Positions 1 through 11,679 of a stretch of 64,000 nucleotides of DNA are shown piece after piece. The notes beneath the pieces are model-generated. The model saw nothing but the letters and a program-made list of their open reading frames with translations, searched no databases and had not been told where the DNA came from. Source of the DNA: an uncultured Rhabdochlamydiaceae bacterium (GTDB lineage Bacteria; Chlamydiota; Chlamydiia; Chlamydiales; Rhabdochlamydiaceae); the NCBI GenBank assembly GCA_963712275.1, contig CAVQHD010000001.1, positions 1,312,001 to 1,376,000 of the forward strand. The letters run 5' to 3'. The position numbers and the translations under genes were made by a program. How positions within the stretch are numbered: the stretch's first letter is position 1; the number at the start of each line of letters is the position of its first letter.

Positions 1-1874
<1,874 letters not shown>

Positions 1875-1885
1875 GGGATACACCT

Positions 1886-4333
1886 ATGGATTATGCAAAA
1901 GATCAGATAATTGTTCCTCGTAATGTCGAAGAGGAAGTGAAGGAAAGCTATCTTCGTTATTCGATGTCTGTGATTATCTCACGGGCGCTTCCCGATGTTC
2001 GAGATGGTCTTAAGCCGTCTCAGCGGCGTATCTTATATGCGATGCGGCAGCTCAATTTGACCCCTGGGGCAAAACACCGAAAATGCGCGAAGATCTGCGG
2101 AGATACCTCTGGGGATTACCATCCTCACGGAGAGACGGTCATCTACCCAACTCTTGTACGGATGGGGCAAAACTGGCTCATGCGGTACTGCTTAATCGAT
2201 GGCCAAGGAAACTTCGGCTCCGTCGATGGAGACCCGCCAGCTGCGATGCGTTATACAGAGGCAAGGCTGACCCATTCGGCGATTGCGCTCATGGAAGACC
2301 TTGAAAAAGATACGGTAGACCTCATCCCCAACTATGATGAGACAAAGGTTGAGCCGACTGTTTTTCCTTCGAAATTTCCCAACCTCCTTGCCAATGGGTC
2401 TTCTGGAATTGCCGTCGGAATGGCGACCAACATCCCTCCACACAATATCGAAGAGCTCATCTCAGCTACGATCCGCGTGATTGATAACCCGGCGACTACC
2501 ATCGATGAAATCATGGAGATCATGCCGGCGCCCGACTTTCCAACAGGCGGCGTCATCTGCGGCTACCGCGGAGTCAAAGAGGCGTACCATACTGGGCGCG
2601 GCAAAGTCATGCTGCGCGGCATCATGCACATCGAAGATCCAGAAGGGGACCGGCAGAAAATCGTCATCGACGAGCTGGCCTACAACGTCAATAAGTCGCT
2701 TTTAATCAAGCGGATCGCCGAGCTTGTCAATGAGAAGACCATCAATGGGATTGCTGATCTTCGGGACGAATCGGATAAGGATGGGATGCGCATTGTACTT
2801 GACTTAAAGCGCGGCGAAATCCCCGACGTTACCATTAACCAGCTGTACAAGTTCACCGACATGCAGATCACTTTCGGCTGCAATATGCTGGCTCTTGACA
2901 AAGGAATGCCGCGCACGATGACGATCAAGCATATGATCTCCTCGTGGATCGAACACCGTATAGAGGTGATTCGCAGGCGGACCCGTTTTGAGCTTGCTAA
3001 AGCCGAAGCGCGGGCCCACATTTTAGAAGGGTATTTAAAGGCACTAGACCACCTCGATGCCGTTGTGAAGCTGATCCGGGGAAGCGACACGAGAGAAATT
3101 GCTAAAGTCGAACTGATGGCTCGCTATACCCTTTCAGAGAGGCAAGCGCACGCTGTCCTAGACCTTCGCCTGTATCAATTAACGGGTCTTGAGCGTGGAA
3201 AAATTGAAGAAGAATACCAGGATTTGCAGAAGAAAATTGCCCATTATCTGGCGGTCCTTGCAAGCGAAGCTCTTGTTCGCGGGATCATCAAGGAAGAGCT
3301 CGAAGAGCTCAAAAAACACCACAAAGGGGAGCGAAAAACAAAGATCATCGCAGCCGAAGGGGAGCTTCAGATGGAAGATATCATCCCTGACACCCCTGTG
3401 ATTATCACCATCTCTGAAGACGACTACATCAAACGGATGCCCATCGACACATTCCGAGAGCAGCGCAGAGGCGGCCAAGGGGTTGTCGGAATGGATATGA
3501 AACGGGAAGGGGATTCGCTCAAAGATATCTACGTCGCCTCAACCCACGACACTTTAATGGTGTTTACAAGCCTTGGCAGATGTTACTGGCTTAAAGTCTG
3601 GCAAATCCCTGAAAGCAGCCGCAGATCAAAGGGTAAACCGCTCATCAATCTTCTAGAAGATCTGCAAAGCGGGGAAAAGATTGCCACCGTGCTTCGAGTC
3701 CGCAGCTTTGAGGAAACAGCATCGATCCTTCTTGCCACACGGCAGGGGGTTGTGAAAAAGACCCTGCTGTCGGAGTTTAGCTCTCCGCGCCGCAAAGGGG
3801 TCTATGCCATTAATATCGATGAAGGAGATGAAGTCATCGCAGCCCGCCTCGTTCATGCAGATAAACAAATCATGCTCTTTACGCGCAGTGGAATGGCCGT
3901 TCGATTTGAAGAGAGCCTAGTTCGAGCAATCGGCCGCGTCGCAAGGGGCGTTCGAGGAATTTCTCTCAAAGGAGAATCAGATGCCGTCATCTCTTGCGAG
4001 GTCGTCACACCTCAAGAGTCCGTGCTTATTGTCTGCGAAAACGGCTATGGCAAACGGTCTAAAGTGGAAGACTTTAGACAGACTAACCGTGGTGGAGTCG
4101 GCGTTCGGTCCATCATCACCAGCCAAAGAAATGGGCTTGTCGTTGGCGCGATTTCAGTCACTGATAAGGAGAGCGTCGTCGTCATGTCTAATCTCGGGCA
4201 AACACTTCGAATGTCGATGAAAGATGTCCGCGTGATGGGCCGCTCGACTCAAGGGGTCCGGCTTGTTAACTTGCCCAAGGAAGATAAAGTCGTCGCAGTT
4301 CAAAAAATCGAAGACATCTCTGGGGGAAATTAG
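1886..4333 (+). CDS. gyrA: DNA gyrase subunit A
   Basis: RALPDVRDGLKP, YHPHG, AAMRYTE active-site Tyr, GyrA-box QRRGGQG, C-terminal pinwheel repeats. Confidence 0.97.
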   Translation: MDYAKDQIIVPRNVEEEVKESYLRYSMSVIISRALPDVRDGLKPSQRRILYAMRQLNLTPGAKHRKCAKICGDTSGDYHPHGETVIYPTLVRMGQNWLMRYCLIDGQGNFGSVDGDPPAAMRYTEARLTHSAIALMEDLEKDTVDLIPNYDETKVEPTVFPSKFPNLLANGSSGIAVGMATNIPPHNIEELISATIRVIDNPATTIDEIMEIMPAPDFPTGGVICGYRGVKEAYHTGRGKVMLRGIMHIEDPEGDRQKIVIDELAYNVNKSLLIKRIAELVNEKTINGIADLRDESDKDGMRIVLDLKRGEIPDVTINQLYKFTDMQITFGCNMLALDKGMPRTMTIKHMISSWIEHRIEVIRRRTRFELAKAEARAHILEGYLKALDHLDAVVKLIRGSDTREIAKVELMARYTLSERQAHAVLDLRLYQLTGLERGKIEEEYQDLQKKIAHYLAVLASEALVRGIIKEELEELKKHHKGERKTKIIAAEGELQMEDIIPDTPVIITISEDDYIKRMPIDTFREQRRGGQGVVGMDMKREGDSLKDIYVASTHDTLMVFTSLGRCYWLKVWQIPESSRRSKGKPLINLLEDLQSGEKIATVLRVRSFEETASILLATRQGVVKKTLLSEFSSPRRKGVYAINIDEGDEVIAARLVHADKQIMLFTRSGMAVRFEESLVRAIGRVARGVRGISLKGESDAVISCEVVTPQESVLIVCENGYGKRSKVEDFRQTNRGGVGVRSIITSQRNGLVVGAISVTDKESVVVMSNLGQTLRMSMKDVRVMGRSTQGVRLVNLPKEDKVVAVQKIEDISGGN

Positions 4334-4338
4334 ATCAG

Positions 4339-4953
4339 GTGTTCATCTCTTTTGAAGGGGGGGAGGGTGCGGGAAAAAGCACCCTCATTCAAAAAATTTA
4401 TGCCCATCTCGCCCATCTTGGAAAACCGGTCCTTTTAACTCGAGCTCCAGGGGGAACCATGACGGGAGAGCTCATCCGGCATCTTCTCCTCCATCATGAT
4501 GAGAAGGATATTTCCGCAAGGACAGAACTATTTCTTTTCCTTGCCGACCGCTCTCAGCATGTGCAGGAGGTGATTCTTCCTGCCCTGAATCAAAAAAACA
4601 TCGTGCTTTGCGATCGGTTTAACGATTCCACCGTCGCCTATCAAGGAGGCGCCCGCGGCTTTGAGATTGATTGGATCCGAAAGCTCTGCCACTTTGCAAC
4701 CCAAGATCTGGAGCCTGACATCACCCTTTATCTCGATATCGATCCTTTAGAAGGGCTAAGCCGAGTGAAAAGATCTAAAGACCGCATTGAAAAAGAAACC
4801 CTCGCCTTTCACCAAAAAATCCGATCAGCTTACCTTGCCATTGCAAAAAAAGAGCCAAAACGGTTTCATGTTCTCGATGGATCCCAGCCCCCCGATGACG
4901 TTTTCGAGCACGCCATGCAACTTCTCGCACCTCATTGGCAATGCCCATGCTAA
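4339..4953 (+). CDS. tmk: thymidylate kinase
   Basis: FISFEGGEGAGKST P-loop; LCDRF..STVAYQG motif. Confidence 0.96.
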   Translation: MFISFEGGEGAGKSTLIQKIYAHLAHLGKPVLLTRAPGGTMTGELIRHLLLHHDEKDISARTELFLFLADRSQHVQEVILPALNQKNIVLCDRFNDSTVAYQGGARGFEIDWIRKLCHFATQDLEPDITLYLDIDPLEGLSRVKRSKDRIEKETLAFHQKIRSAYLAIAKKEPKRFHVLDGSQPPDDVFEHAMQLLAPHWQCPC

Positions 4954-5752
4954 AGAGATTTTATCTCGGTTAATATGTCAAAAATGCGTGCCTCAAGTCC
5001 TCCTCTTTGAGGGACCCCGTGGTGTCGGTAAAGGACTTTTTGCCCTTGAGCTTGCACGCGCCCTTCTTCAAAGTCCGAAACAGGCTCACCCCGATCTTCA
5101 CATCCTCTACCCAGACCCTGATTCTGACCAACACCCGATTGCAACCATCCGTTCCCTCATAGATGAAATTGGTCTTCCCCCCTTTGAGGCTCCCTGCAAA
5201 ATGTTTATCATTCACGACATCGAAAAGATGCTTCCTGCCAGCAGCAACGCCCTTCTTAAAACTCTGGAAGAGCCCCCTTCCGATACTCAGCTTATCTTGC
5301 TCACCTCCCAGCCTTCAGCACTTCTTCCCACCACCCTTTCCCGCTGCTCGAAAATTCCATTCTATCCTGTCTCTGAGGAAGAGCTTGTTTTATTTCTCTC
5401 TGCAAAAACCCCTGATGCCCAAAAGATCGCCCTTCTTGCGGAAGGATCTGTCGCAGAGGCCCTCGCCCGCCTTGACCACCCCACGCCTTCTCTGCCTCTC
5501 AATGACCTCTTTCAGTGTCAAAACTATCCCGATCTGCACCACCTGCTGACCAAGCACCTTGAAAAGTTAGGCGAGCTCTCCTCCGTAGAAACCGACCGGC
5601 TGTTTGAAGAAATGCTTTATTGGATCCGGCAGCATGCCCCTCTCCAGCTTGAAAAGGCCATTCCTCTCGTGATCGAGGCTCGCACCGCCCTTTTTCATCA
5701 TCTCAAGCTTAAGACCGTGCTTGAAAAATTTTTTCTTAACTACCTTTTTTAG
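4895..5752 (+). CDS. holB: DNA polymerase III subunit delta'
   Basis: LLFEGPRGVGK, HPDLH, SNALLKTLEEP, SRC; follows tmk. ATG at 4895 preferred over track start 4787. Confidence 0.9.
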   Translation: MTFSSTPCNFSHLIGNAHAKEILSRLICQKCVPQVLLFEGPRGVGKGLFALELARALLQSPKQAHPDLHILYPDPDSDQHPIATIRSLIDEIGLPPFEAPCKMFIIHDIEKMLPASSNALLKTLEEPPSDTQLILLTSQPSALLPTTLSRCSKIPFYPVSEEELVLFLSAKTPDAQKIALLAEGSVAEALARLDHPTPSLPLNDLFQCQNYPDLHHLLTKHLEKLGELSSVETDRLFEEMLYWIRQHAPLQLEKAIPLVIEARTALFHHLKLKTVLEKFFLNYLF

Positions 5753-5777
5753 TCCACTCTTGGTAGCATAATCGCCT

Positions 5778-6848
5778 ATGCCACTCCAACCTTTAGAATC
5801 GGTTTTAAAATATTTTTCCTCTGAGACCTTCAGCAGATCCGCCAAGTGGTTTTTGCATGAAGTCATCGAGCTCAATAAGAGGAGCTGGACAGGTGAACGC
5901 TTTGAAGTGGTTAAAAATGTCGCCTATCTCATCTTATTTGCTGCAGCTTCCTTTGTCTTGAAAAAAACAGCCTCTGTTTTCTCCTACAAAAAAGGGCCTT
6001 CAAAATCAGAAGATGCGCCGACCGTTCCACCCGTTCCTGTTGCTGGTGGGGTATATAAACTTCTTGAAGAAGAGTGCCAACTAAGAACCGATTATGGTGA
6101 TTTGTTCAAATGTTTAAAAAAGCTTAGAGGAGAAGAGGGAAGGCAATTAGAAGACCGATTTAAAGCGTTAGAACAGCAGTTTAAGTTGTATCTACCTCTT
6201 CCCCAGCTTGAGAGCTGTTTTCAAGCTTTCAATCAGATGAAGGCTCAATTTCAGCTTGTCAGAGAAAAACGGGTGGAATTGTTTTTTGCTCCTCCAAGAA
6301 TCACCGATGAGAAAGTTATCCCAATTCCTGCCGATGGCAATTGCTTATATGAAGCCGTTGCCCAAGCTGAATACTTACATCGCAATAAGAAATTTAGACG
6401 TGCTCCCGATGAGCTACGAAGGCAGGTGATTCAGTGGGAAGAAGAGAATCTTTCAAGAGATGAGGAGCTTCAAAACCACATTGAAATTGCGATCGCTTTC
6501 TACCTTGAAGACATGGATGAGCAAATCGGGAAGGAAGAAAGCTCTATTCGAGTCATTGAGGCAGAAGGAAGAGATCAAACAAAAAAGAGGGCTCAGCTGA
6601 ATGAATTTAGACAATCTCTAGCCCCTTTTCGCTCAGAGGGCCGCATTGCCCATTACTTTAAAAAAGCGGCGGAAAAAGGGTTTTGGGGAACGACAGCCGA
6701 AAGTTATACCATTGCAAAGCTTTTGAATGTCCACCTGCAAGTGGTTAAAAAAGACGAGAATTTAACCCAATCTTTCAACCCAGAGGCTAAAGAAACCCTG
6801 ACGATTTATTTTGTCCGGGGATCTCATTTTGAGCTTCAGGTGGAGTAA
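5778..6848 (+). CDS. OTU-domain cysteine protease (putative deubiquitinase effector)
   Basis: IPADGNCLYEAV (catalytic Cys loop), FWG, C-terminal GSHFEL (catalytic His); N-terminal hydrophobic segment and helical region. Confidence 0.8.
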   Translation: MPLQPLESVLKYFSSETFSRSAKWFLHEVIELNKRSWTGERFEVVKNVAYLILFAAASFVLKKTASVFSYKKGPSKSEDAPTVPPVPVAGGVYKLLEEECQLRTDYGDLFKCLKKLRGEEGRQLEDRFKALEQQFKLYLPLPQLESCFQAFNQMKAQFQLVREKRVELFFAPPRITDEKVIPIPADGNCLYEAVAQAEYLHRNKKFRRAPDELRRQVIQWEEENLSRDEELQNHIEIAIAFYLEDMDEQIGKEESSIRVIEAEGRDQTKKRAQLNEFRQSLAPFRSEGRIAHYFKKAAEKGFWGTTAESYTIAKLLNVHLQVVKKDENLTQSFNPEAKETLTIYFVRGSHFELQVE

Positions 6849-6853
6849 AGAGG
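6742..6853 (+). repeat. 112-bp direct repeat, copy 1 (3' end of OTU gene)
   Basis: Matches 8498-8609 with 3 mismatches (offset 1756). Confidence 0.95.
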
Positions 6854-6966
6854 CTTAGGACTATATTCCAAAGGGCGAGATACAGAAATCAAACATGAAG
6901 CATCAGTGACAACAGGCGACAAAAGACTGCGCTCAAGGTGCTCAATACAAATTCGAGCTTTATCGG

Positions 6967-7042
6967 CTTCGTACACGAGAAAATTGGACATTGTTAGTGA
7001 TGAGGTTGTTCTATGAAATAATTTTTTTTGTCGTGTACGAAG
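6967..7042. repeat. 12-bp inverted repeat pair, possible recombinase/regulator site
   Basis: cttcgtacacga (6967-6978) and tcgtgtacgaag (7031-7042). Confidence 0.5.
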
Positions 7043-7125
7043 AAATTTTTTATTGAAAAAAACTCAGAATTCATTTAAAAGATTGATTTCTTAATGAGTG
7101 AAGGATCTAACACAAGGAGGTTGTC

Positions 7126-7971
7126 ATGGCCATTGGAGTTCAATTAACAGCCGAATATAGGGCTTATTTTTTATTACCAAGTGAGAGGACTGCATTAATG
7201 AAAGTCAAAGATATACCATCGAATTCAGCTTCAGGTATAGGTTTAATTGATAATGACATAAATGCACTACTGGATAAAGTAGATAATCTGAGTTTTCATA
7301 TTGGAGAGTTAGTAAAACAGATTGGGACTAAACGAGAAGTGATTGGAAAGTTAGAAGCAGAGCTCATTGAGCTTCGTAAGCAGAAAGAGAGTACTTCAAC
7401 TGGTTACGGTGTTGCTGCTGTTGTAAATAGTGTATTTACTTATGCGGGACCTATAACAACTGTTGTTGGAGCTGCTTTGGGTATTATGGGGCCAATTTCA
7501 GCACCTGTAGTAGGTTTTATTTGTGGAGCAGGAGCTGTTGTAACTGGTATAACAACGTATTATTCTAGAGAATCCTCATCACACAAAGATTCATTAGATA
7601 ATATAAAAAACGCAGAAAGAAATTTAAATAATTTTAAAATCGATCCTATAAATATTACTCGTTTAGAATTAGAGGAATCTCTATGTTTATCTAAAATTTT
7701 TAGTATATTTGAGAAAAATTGCGAAAATAGTGCTCAAAAGGAGGAACTACAAGGGAAAGTCGAAGAAATATTAAAATTTAGTAAGTATAGAATAGAATAT
7801 TTAAATGCGATAATTAATTCTGAAAGTTCGTATTGTGATAAATTAAACGAAGAAAGGACTTCCATTAAAAACGGGTTAGACAAGTCAGACCCTTTACGTA
7901 CCATTCCTGGGATAGCTTCCGGTGCAGCTCGCGAAGTCAAATATTCATCGGTGCTCCTTAAAAACAATTAG
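7126..7971 (+). CDS. AT-rich coiled-coil protein with long bilobed hydrophobic segment (Inc-like)
   Basis: RBS aggagg; ~50-aa Gly/Ala/Val-rich hydrophobic stretch between helical regions. Confidence 0.7.
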   Translation: MAIGVQLTAEYRAYFLLPSERTALMKVKDIPSNSASGIGLIDNDINALLDKVDNLSFHIGELVKQIGTKREVIGKLEAELIELRKQKESTSTGYGVAAVVNSVFTYAGPITTVVGAALGIMGPISAPVVGFICGAGAVVTGITTYYSRESSSHKDSLDNIKNAERNLNNFKIDPINITRLELEESLCLSKIFSIFEKNCENSAQKEELQGKVEEILKFSKYRIEYLNAIINSESSYCDKLNEERTSIKNGLDKSDPLRTIPGIASGAAREVKYSSVLLKNN

Positions 7972-8147
7972 AAATCACATCATCTAGCAAAAAGGGTAGT
8001 GTTTACCATTGCCCTTGAAATCTCTCATACACGAAAAAACCAACTGATTAGGAGCAGATTCTTATATGATTGACATTAGAGGTGGAGACCCACTCCTATC
8101 TCTTAAGAGTAAAATTTAAATGAACTATAAAGATTTTTCGTAGCTAT

Positions 8148-8336
8148 TCACCAGCTTATTTTTAAGAAAGAGGAAAATCGGGCACGAAAGAATTGCCTTG
8201 AGCTATTTTCGTTAACATGGCAACTATGCGCATGAGTAGCTTTCGCTCTTTTGCATAGCGAGCTTCCTCTATAAGACGGAGACGAATGATACAGATTAAG
8301 TCCATCGACAAAAACGGCTACCCGCTGATGACTCAT
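8148..8336 (-). pseudogene. NYN (LabA/DUF88-like) domain gene remnant
   Basis: N-terminus RVAVFVDGLNLYH matches the NYN first-strand motif, but the ORF is only 62 aa and lacks the remaining acidic motifs. Confidence 0.6.
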
Positions 8337-8497
8337 ACTTTTCTATAAAAAAACAAACCACGGGTTTATGGCCCGTGGCTTTCGCATGCGACTGCCCATG
8401 CGGAATGTACAAATCATCTTATCAGGATGCTGATATTTTTGCATATATCAAAATGCAAAAATAATATTAATGAAATTAGAGAACCTCTTGTGAATAA

Positions 8498-8609
8498 TGG
8501 TTAAAAAAGACGAGGATTTAACCCAATCTTTCAACTCAGAGGCTAAAGAAACCCTGACGATTTATTTTGTCCGGGGATCTCATTTTGAGCTTCAGGTGGA
8601 GTAAGGAGG
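8498..8609 (+). repeat. 112-bp direct repeat, copy 2
   Basis: Duplicate of 6742-6853; contains the stop codon of the 8592-9230 gene on the minus strand. Confidence 0.95.
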
Positions 8610-9230
8610 ACGATACGCAAGACGAAGCGCTTGCAGCTCTGTCCACCAGTTTCTAGCGCAGAGGAGAATTAGCCCGCCTTTTGAAATAGCCTCAATAGGT
8701 CCTTTGTTCAAATCCTTACGGAGGAATTCACGCCTTCTTGCAATGACTTGCAAAAAGAGAGATAAGGTTCGACATTCTAAAGAGTCATATTTGAGGGTGA
8801 CAACATTGAGGATGTCAATAGTGAAGTGCAACCCAGTCTTCAGCGTCCTTTTGCTGCAAAGCTTTGCACCATTCGTTATCAGTGAGCGAGCCACTTCCAA
8901 GTCCTTTACAAAACTAGGTTTCAATGAGTAAGCTCCAATAGTGATGACTGAAAAAATAAGATTAACGATTCCCAGAATTTTCTTTTTCTTATCTTTATCA
9001 GATTCCCCTTTTATTCCTTCGTAGATTTGAACTCCTTCAAAAAACCATCCGACATACCTTCCCTTTTCCGGAAAGAGCGGGGCGATTAAAGGAAATAGGT
9101 TCGTCCCATGCACAATGAGTTGCCTAGTGAAAGAATCATATCGTTTGTCAAGTGATGGGGTATAAGAGTACAAGTGATTGAAAATATGAGCGTTTGGACG
9201 GTCAATCAACTTAGTCAATGAAGCAAACAT
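8592..9230 (-). CDS. hypothetical helical/membrane protein, paralog A
   Basis: 212 aa; tandem paralog of 9253-9891; shared LKYDSLECRTLSLFLQV motif. Confidence 0.75.
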   Translation of the reverse strand: MFASLTKLIDRPNAHIFNHLYSYTPSLDKRYDSFTRQLIVHGTNLFPLIAPLFPEKGRYVGWFFEGVQIYEGIKGESDKDKKKKILGIVNLIFSVITIGAYSLKPSFVKDLEVARSLITNGAKLCSKRTLKTGLHFTIDILNVVTLKYDSLECRTLSLFLQVIARRREFLRKDLNKGPIEAISKGGLILLCARNWWTELQALRLAYRPPYST

Positions 9231-9252
9231 ACTCTCTCCTCATGGGTAGAAA

Positions 9253-9891
9253 TTAGCTTGATCGATACGCAAGATGAAGTGCTTGCCGCTCTGTCCAGAA
9301 GTTTCTAGCACAGAGAAGCGTCAGCCCGATTTTTGAAACCATTTCAATAAAGTTTTTTCTCTTAGTGAAGGCCTCAATTCCTCTTGTACAGACTTGTAAA
9401 AAGAGGGATAGGGTTCGACATTCTAAAGAGTCATACTTGAGGGTGGCAATGTTGAGAATGTCAATTGATAAGTCTAAATAACATATCAAATGGGATTTTT
9501 TCTGCATCCTTTTGAAGTCAAGTTTTAGAGCATTCATCACCAGTGAACGAGCTACTTCGAAGCTCTTTAAAAGACTAGGCTTCAAAGAACCAACTTCGAT
9601 TGTGATTACAGAAAAAATAAGACCAATGCTTCCCAAAACTCGATTTTTCTTATTTTTGTTGGATTTTCCGTTAATTCCTTCATAGATCTGAACCGCTTCA
9701 AAAAGGCATCGCACATACCTTCCTTTTTCCGGAAAGAGCGGTGTGATTAAAGAAAATACTCTTGTCCCACACGCAATGAGTTGTTTGATAAGAGCGTCTT
9801 TTCCTGAAGATGTTGGAGTATAATAAAGATCTAAGTGATTGAAAATATGAGCGTTTGGGCGGTCAATCAACTTAGTCAATGAAGCAAACAT
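9253..9891 (-). CDS. hypothetical helical/membrane protein, paralog B
   Basis: 212 aa; first 20 aa and upstream RBS region identical to paralog A. Confidence 0.75.
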   Translation of the reverse strand: MFASLTKLIDRPNAHIFNHLDLYYTPTSSGKDALIKQLIACGTRVFSLITPLFPEKGRYVRCLFEAVQIYEGINGKSNKNKKNRVLGSIGLIFSVITIEVGSLKPSLLKSFEVARSLVMNALKLDFKRMQKKSHLICYLDLSIDILNIATLKYDSLECRTLSLFLQVCTRGIEAFTKRKNFIEMVSKIGLTLLCARNFWTERQALHLAYRSS

Positions 9892-9968
9892 ACTCTCTCC
9901 TCATGGGTAGAAAAATGATAAACAAGAACGAAATTTAACAGGCTTCTACTATTTTTGCATAGAAAGTT

Positions 9969-11588
9969 TTAGCTTGCAGAGCTGAATAATGCTTGCACTT
10001 TGGCAAGGGTTATTTTCAGAAGGTCGATGTTGAAAATGACTTTGCAACGTGCTTCGAGTGCAGCTTTTACGCCTGCTGGTGCATCTATCGGAGTATTGTA
10101 ATAGTCTAATACGAGATTCAAATGGTTGAAGATCCCTTCGAGTTGCGCAAGCCACTTCTCTCTGTCAGGGAGGAGCATAGTGAGGTCCACAAAGAAAACG
10201 TACATGGAACGGTAGGCGCTTATGCAATTCGTCCAACCCGAAGCATAGGTCATGTCGTTGAAACTGGCAGGGTCAACGAATTTTAAGTTTTCGCCCATCA
10301 CCTTGATTTTATGAGTAGAAGAAATATAAAAATATTTTTTCAAGTTAGCAACGCGAGATAACGTCGAAGCGATGGTTTTTAAGTAGGTTAAATTCTCAAG
10401 AGAAACGGATTTCAGTTGATCGAGAGAAATTCCATCAAAATGTTCCATCAAGAGGTAGATATCATTCACCTCTTGAACGACTTTTTCGCCGCTTTTTTGC
10501 ATAATCTCTTTGGAATAGACATTTTGAATGGCTTTGAATACTTGAATAATATTGGGATCTCCCACTTGAGAGATAGCAAGTGCTTGCGAGACTTCTCGTG
10601 TTCTTGAATCATTGCCGGCCATTGCTGTAATGAGTTGAATAGGGGAGGTGAAGAGGTGAGAAATTCCCAACTTTGCCATTCTTTCACTTTGCGTGAAAAG
10701 TCGTTTGAGGACTTTGGTTTTCCCATCGACATCTTTCACAAGGAAAGACTCTCCAGAAAAGGAATCTGCCCCTAAATATTGAAGAACGGTCAGTGAGCCG
10801 AGTTCTGCAGAACCTGTGCCTTTCTCAAAGAGAACAGCTGCTTGCGGAATGTCGATAGCTGAGCAAAGGTTTTGCGCGAGGTTTGGTGTTGAAGGGGCTG
10901 GGTCCTTTGATGGAATAGGGTCTTGCTCTAAAGGAATCGGAGCTAAAGAAATAGAAGCCGGTTGGAAAGCGGCATAAAGTTCTTTCCCTGTTGAAACGGC
11001 ATTCATCGCTCGGAGGATACTAAGCCCTCCATGAACTCCCATTTCAAGGTAAGATCGGTTAGTCCATGCTTTTTTAAGGTCTAATGCTCCTGCGAGGAGT
11101 TGCAAAGAGTGGGAGAGGAACCGAAGCTCTAAAGAGTTATAGCGAATAAGAGTGAGATTCACTGCATCAACCATTAAGTGGAGAAAAGCGCGAACGCCTT
11201 CAATACGTTCATTGTTCTGATAGGCGTTATAGATTTCTTTGGAGTGCGCCCAGAAAGCACGTCCAGCTTCAAGAACTTTAAATTGGTCAGGAGCAAAGAG
11301 AAAAGCGTAAATTGAAAAAGCTGAGAGCGCTCCTTTCGCCATTTTCTCGGCGGATGGGTTTGTAGCACATGAGAAAAAATCAGGAAGGATACGGAGAGGA
11401 GCCGCTAGGATTGGAGAGGCAGCAGCAATTAAAGGAAATCCTTGCGCGAAAGATTTAAAAATATTTGTGAGTAAAGATTTAACAATATTTGTGAGTGAAG
11501 GGCTATATTGGAATTCACCCTTAAATGGATCTATGTTTAAATGTGTTAAAACAGGGTTTTGTTCAGTACGAATCAGTAAGCTTGACAT
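9969..11588 (-). CDS. paralog-family N-domain fused to a degenerate protein-kinase-like domain
   Basis: IRYNSLELRFLSHSLQL resembles the 212-aa paralogs; YLGADSFSG, KVLKRL, IYLLMEHFDG, LKFVD kinase-like motifs; ATG 11588 has a ggagg RBS. Confidence 0.65.
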   Translation of the reverse strand: MSSLLIRTEQNPVLTHLNIDPFKGEFQYSPSLTNIVKSLLTNIFKSFAQGFPLIAAASPILAAPLRILPDFFSCATNPSAEKMAKGALSAFSIYAFLFAPDQFKVLEAGRAFWAHSKEIYNAYQNNERIEGVRAFLHLMVDAVNLTLIRYNSLELRFLSHSLQLLAGALDLKKAWTNRSYLEMGVHGGLSILRAMNAVSTGKELYAAFQPASISLAPIPLEQDPIPSKDPAPSTPNLAQNLCSAIDIPQAAVLFEKGTGSAELGSLTVLQYLGADSFSGESFLVKDVDGKTKVLKRLFTQSERMAKLGISHLFTSPIQLITAMAGNDSRTREVSQALAISQVGDPNIIQVFKAIQNVYSKEIMQKSGEKVVQEVNDIYLLMEHFDGISLDQLKSVSLENLTYLKTIASTLSRVANLKKYFYISSTHKIKVMGENLKFVDPASFNDMTYASGWTNCISAYRSMYVFFVDLTMLLPDREKWLAQLEGIFNHLNLVLDYYNTPIDAPAGVKAALEARCKVIFNIDLLKITLAKVQALFSSAS

Positions 11589-11679
11589 ATTTCCTCCGAA
11601 ATCGTTTTCAATGAAGATAACAAAACTCATTAATTAAGCACAGATTTAAAACTAATTAAATTAAAGAAACTAAATTTTT

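Noticed and set aside
4787..4894. Extended N-termini from the ORF track (holB 4787; also tpiA 13984, ISAs1 transposase 19021, NLR 32638, RDD 47097)
   Set aside because: Downstream ATGs fit RBS position, overlaps and family or paralog starts better
6742..8609. DGR TR/VR pair at the OTU gene
   Set aside because: Differences are not adenine-specific in the putative template; no RT
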